From assembly GCA_001643675.2 (NCBI GenBank), contig LSRY02000023.1, forward strand, positions 1,178,001-1,242,000: DNA of 64,000 bases, in the 5' to 3' direction. Below are positions 59,266 to 64,000 of this stretch, one piece after another. Position 1 is the first letter of the stretch, and every line of letters begins with the position of its first letter. The position numbers and the translations under genes are program-made. The stretch comes from Monocercomonoides exilis PA203. Lineage: Eukaryota; Protista; Preaxostyla. Under the pieces are notes generated by a model. That model worked only from the letters and a program-made list of their open reading frames with translations, did no database searches and was not told the origin of the DNA.

Positions 59266-59707
59266 CAGTCTAAACCGGATATAATCACATCGGTTTTTGC
59301 ACAACTTTTTGTGACTATATCCGATTGTGATTATACACGATGATGCTTTACACAAAAATAAATAAAAATTAATTTTTGAAATTATAAAATTTGGGTCAAT
59401 TTTTTAGGAAATTCTTCACAAAAACACATTTTTCACTTGCTTGAACAATTTTGATCATAAAAACACATTATTTAGACTGACATAAGCATAATTTTGAAAA
59501 ATCAAAAAATTGAAAATTTTGATCAAAATATTGATTTTTCATTGAAAAAACTGATTGAAAAGAAATAAAATGTGATTACACATTTAGTCCTGTGATAATA
59601 TCCGATTGAAATTGAATGAAAAATAAGCAAGAAATGTCGATGCATGGAAAAATGTGACTATAAACGAATGTGATTGTATTCGACGTGATTATATCCGGTT
59701 TAGACTG
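59266..59707. mobile_element. Non-autonomous Tc1/mariner/pogo-type MITE (442 bp)
   Basis: Perfect 23 bp TIRs CAGTCTAAACCGGATATAATCAC; TA on both sides (59264-65, 59708-09); internal repeats of a TGTGAYTATA.CCGA-like motif. Confidence 0.92.
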
Positions 59708-60402
59708 TATCGTAAATGTATTCATTGGTGATAGAAAAATTTAATTAAAACATTTGAATCGAATTTTTTTTACAGTTCATTATCTACCTACTTACCCATA
59801 TTTTTTTTTGTTAAAACTCACGGCAATTTAAAAAAACTGTATCTGATAAAAAAAAATATAAATGCAACAACAAATTAATAATTTAAACTTTCTTTTTTCT
59901 TGATAAACCTTTAAATGAAGTGTTCTCAGAAAAAATATTTGGATAAAAAAATATCCAATAAAAATAGTATTAATCCTTTTCTTTATCTCAGATTTTACAA
60001 ACTGAGAAGCATTCTTTTATTGGAATGCTTTATTGATTCAGATTTTTTTAAAAGAGAAGAGAAAATTAATTGTTACAACAAGTTCCTGGTGTAATCAAAA
60101 GAAAAAAGAAAAATATTGGGAAAAAATTGAAAAGCAAAGGAAAGGTTAAAAAAAATGTCAACATCTTAATAATAATAACAACATTTTTTAAAAGCTAGCT
60201 CAGAAATAAACTTTTTGTTATCGCATCAAAGCAATGCACAAATTCAAGATCAACATAATTTTCATAAAAACTCTTTGAAAGGCTATTGAAAATTCGAATC
60301 ATGTTCATTCGATGGTACAAATGCATATGTCAGTTAAATTCAATACATTTTAATGCAGCGCAAAAAGTCCGAACTATTTTAAAGAATTTTTAACATTTTC
60401 AT

Positions 60403-63400
60403 TCAATCCTGTTCAGCTTCAATAATCTGTGCTCTGACTGGAATTGAGCACAAATCAGAAAAACCCGGAACAGAAATTTGAATTGTGCCTTCCAGATCTT
60501 TCTCTCCAGCAAATGAGTGCTGCACATACAGTTCAACCCATGCAATGGTACGCATCCCTGGCCCAAGCTGAACAAAAGAGAAAATGGCAATACAAAAAAA
60601 TTCATGAACATGGCGATAAAGCATCATTATCACAAATACACAGCAATAATCAGTTCAAAATTCATTGGAAATTTTGAAAATAAATTGATACACATAAACA
60701 TATGAATAAATTCAAAAACATATTGCTGAATTAAAAAAGTGTGCATACCATTATTGGTTCGTAACTCACAGAAAACCATTCGTTTGTAGGCTGCGTAATG
60801 CGGAAAGAATGAGACTCAGCAGAAGTGTTAAGCACCACAACACGCCGCTTTTGGATAAGCCCCTTTCCAGCGACAACGCTGCCAAAATCAACAATTTCAG
60901 GCGATATGCTCAGCGGAAATGGAAGCAACTGAGTATCAACCACTTTCGCAGTCAAAGGCATTGCAGCTACGGCAGATGTTCCGAGAGCATTTGGCATCTT
61001 TGGCTTGATGGTGGAGTATTGGGGCATATTTGCATTGCTCTGTTTTGAGGTTGCTGGATATTTGTATCCAATGGGCAAAGCACGAGATGTAGTCGTGCTT
61101 GGTGACATGCCTCTGGTTCTTGTTGAGGCAGACAGAGGAGGAAGAGGTGAAGAAGACGTACGCCGTGTGGAAGAATATGGCGATTGATGTCTGTTTGATG
61201 CAGCCTGCTGAGCAGAAGCTGCAGGTGATGAAGGATTCGGCTTTGTGGCGGTCGAAGCAGAGTTTGGTATTTTCGTCAAGCGAATTGTTTGTCGCATTGT
61301 GTGAAGTGGCATAACAGCTTGGGCGCTCAATCCTTTTGTTGGCTTGTCAAAAATCCCTTTTTCTCCTTTTGTCAGCTTGTAGGAGCTGATTTCCCTGTCT
61401 CTCAAAAGATCCTGTTTTTGCTTTGGAGCTAGTGAAGATGATTGAAGAAGCATTGAGCTATTCCCAACTCCATCTTCTGCATTTCTTTGCTCTTTGAAAG
61501 CATCTTTTTCTCTGTAGCTTTCCTCTTGTTGTTGAAGTTGTCTTTGACTTTGCTGCGAGTCAGCAATTCCGTAATCAGCTTCTTCTCCTTCTTCCACTTC
61601 TCCTTCTTCTCTATGATATTCTCTGTTGAATCTATTCTGCTGTCTGCCTCTCATCTGTTCTCTCTTCCGCTGCCTCTCTTCCCTCAGCTTTTCTTTCTCT
61701 CTCATTTTTCTATCTCTTTCTTCGAGTCTCGCATTGATGGTGATAGCAGCCCTCAGCTGTTCTGTTGTTCTCTTTTCAGTATTCCGAACAGTTGCCTTGT
61801 ATCTGCTTCGGTTAAGCTTCCAAATCGCATAATTCTTCAGACAGGAAGACAAAGCAGCAAAATCTTCAGAGACCAAACTGCGTTGCTTGTGAATACGCTG
61901 CACACTCACACCGAGTGGTGCATGAGACATTGCAGCTGGCTGACCTGCTGTTGATGGTGATTCAATTGATTGATAAGATGGGCTGATTGCATTTGAAGCA
62001 AGAGGAGAAAGAGCAGATGATTTTGGAGATGCCTTGATGGCTTGCTGCGAGGCATGAAGAGAGGATGGAATAAACGAAGCCACATGATCTCCATAGCAGG
62101 CAAACATTGCTGTTCTTCCAGATGTCACTCCATCGTCAAAAGTTGAAATGAAAGGCGAGTTCAAAAGAGGCACCGAAGAAGGCGAAGGTGAATGCATCGT
62201 CTTCCACGGATTCAGCTGTGTCGATATTGTTGTGCAAAGTACAGTCGCTGCGTTGCGATCTTTCCTCCCGTTCCCATTCACTCCTCCGCTTTCTCCTTCT
62301 CTCTCTCTTCTGCCAGCAGACCCAACTGCAATGCTCCTGTCTCCTATTCCCATTCCTCCAACATTGCTGGCGATGCTTCCAGGTCTGATTGCACTGCGCT
62401 GAGCAGTCATATCCTTCGCCACATCCTTCAGCCCATCATCAGACACCACTTTCAGCCCATCTGCATCGCTTCCAACTTCTGCTGCTTCGCCTGACAGCTT
62501 CTCTGCATCGCGAATGGTTGTGTGCAGAAGATGCTTCGAATCCAAAACACAAAGCGCTGCGTCGCTTTCGCCCAGAAGCTCCAACCCACTTCCGTCTCTT
62601 CGAACTACAAACAAACGAGGAGACAGATATGCAGCCTCATCGCGGGTTGTGCTGCTTTCGTAATCATCCTCCTCCTCATAATCATCCTCCTCATTATCTT
62701 CGGCTTCTTCCTTTTTGTTGTCTTCATCAAGTTCATCAATGCTTATCTCTTCTGCTTTCTCTTTTTCCTTCATAACTTTTGGTTTTGTTTCCTTGACTTT
62801 TTCTAATGCCATCTTTTCCTTTCTCTTTTCTTCCATTTCTTTTTTAATTTCTTCTTCGGAAACGCCCAACTTTCGCAGAATTTCTGCTTCTGCTTCGAAT
62901 TCATCTTTTTCTTCTCCTTTTGCGTTTGCTCCAATCTGACTATCATTCACAGCTGGAGCAGAACTGCTTTGTTGGATCATTCTAAGCTTAGCCGTTATTT
63001 TGGAGTCTGTGCCAAATATGGAAGATGGAACCTCGCCTTCATCCAAGAAAAGACGAGACGATGGATGAACAACAATCTTTTGGTAAGAAGGAATTCGTTT
63101 GACTTTCAAACTTTTAAGAGCAATTTGCATAAATGATTGATTTTCGAAGAATGAGTTGTTTTTCTGATCATGAGTGCACATTCTTTTATCAGCAGCGCCA
63201 TTGCCATTCACCACAAAGGCATCCAGATTCTCATCCTGAGAAGATAACGAAGAGTGAAATGACTGAAGAAGAGATGTGAGTTGTGTGTTTTGAGGATCAG
63301 AATCTGTCTTTGAAAGCTTCTGAAGCTTTGGAACTGCGATTGGATTTTCACAGCTGATCTTTTCGAGCAAAGAGCAAAGGCACAAACACGGCTGTGAAGT

Positions 63401-64000
63401 GATGGATGCCACAGACTGGCAGAGATGCCGTGTAGACAAAGCAGAAGAAGCAGAAGAAACAAATTGAGAGATTGAAGAAGAGAAAGAAGAAGAAGAAGAA
63501 GAATTGATAAGTTGCTCGCCTTTTTCCACAATGCATCTGATAAGTGTGGATAAGCGGCATGGAACGCCAATTGAAGAATATTTCTGCGAATACGAATCTG
63601 ATCGATCGCTTTCCATTTCTTTCTCTCTTTTGCTTCCATCTTCTCCTTTTCCCTCTTCTTCTCCACATTTTCTGAGCAAGTTCAGTGTGTTTGCCGAGAA
63701 CACATCTCCTTCCCTTGTCACGACGAATGTGCGCGGCTCCCAATCAGATACGAACAGAGCACCTGGAGGCAGACACATCGCATCCGACGACAGAAGCGCA
63801 GAGCGTGGAGGGAAGCAAGGCGTGTTGTGAATGCGAGAGAGAAGCGAAGAAGATGCTGAAGATGACACTGAAGACGAGTCGATGGATGAATCCGATGAAT
63901 TGCTCTGAAGTGCCTGGCGTATCAGAGGATGCTCTGTTGTAGCTGCTGCAATCTGCAGCATTGTCTCGTTTGTCATACGGCCTAGCACAAACAAATAGGA
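60403..64000 (-). CDS. SPAG17: 3' part of a large flagellar central-pair protein, probable SPAG17/PF6 homolog with C-terminal PapD/ASH-like Ig domain; last intron ~60568-60747
   Basis: RLFVVRRDGSGLELL resembles a conserved SPAG17/PF6 motif. C-terminus ISPEIVDFGSV...VLNTS...FRI...YEPIM|LGPGMRTIAWVEL is PapD/ASH-like. Gene continues beyond the window. Confidence 0.6.

Noticed and set aside
59300-59700. CRISPR-like short repeats
   Set aside because: Degenerate, irregularly spaced and inside a TA-flanked MITE in a eukaryotic context; no cas genes.

Overview
AT-rich eukaryotic DNA with short GT-AG introns and the standard genetic code. Gene families and style resemble an oxymonad such as Monocercomonoides (inference). 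Housekeeping genes: proteasome beta-4 (PSMB2), ribosomal eS30, ARPC2, an ABCC/MRP transporter and a probable SPAG17/PF6 flagellar central-pair protein. They sit among lineage-specific multigene families and decayed DNA transposons: Merlin, a pogo-like DD35D element, a Tc1/mariner-type MITE and a possible KDZ relic. The most notable structure is three giant surface receptor genes (Cys/Gly-rich beta-helix-like ectodomain, one TM, degenerate TK/TKL pseudokinase) that are mosaics of near-identical and divergent blocks. Two form a ~10.5 kb tail-to-tail palindrome with 5.15 kb near-identical arms. The third shares a near-identical ~1.55 kb TM/cytoplasmic cassette but has a different ectodomain and tail. 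A second family has a 917 bp identical inverted tract inside otherwise diverged paralogs, and a 300 bp inverted repeat lies near 57-58 kb. Together these suggest inverted-repeat-driven gene conversion or domain shuffling of surface receptors, though assembly or polishing collapse must be excluded. All comparisons were made by eye.
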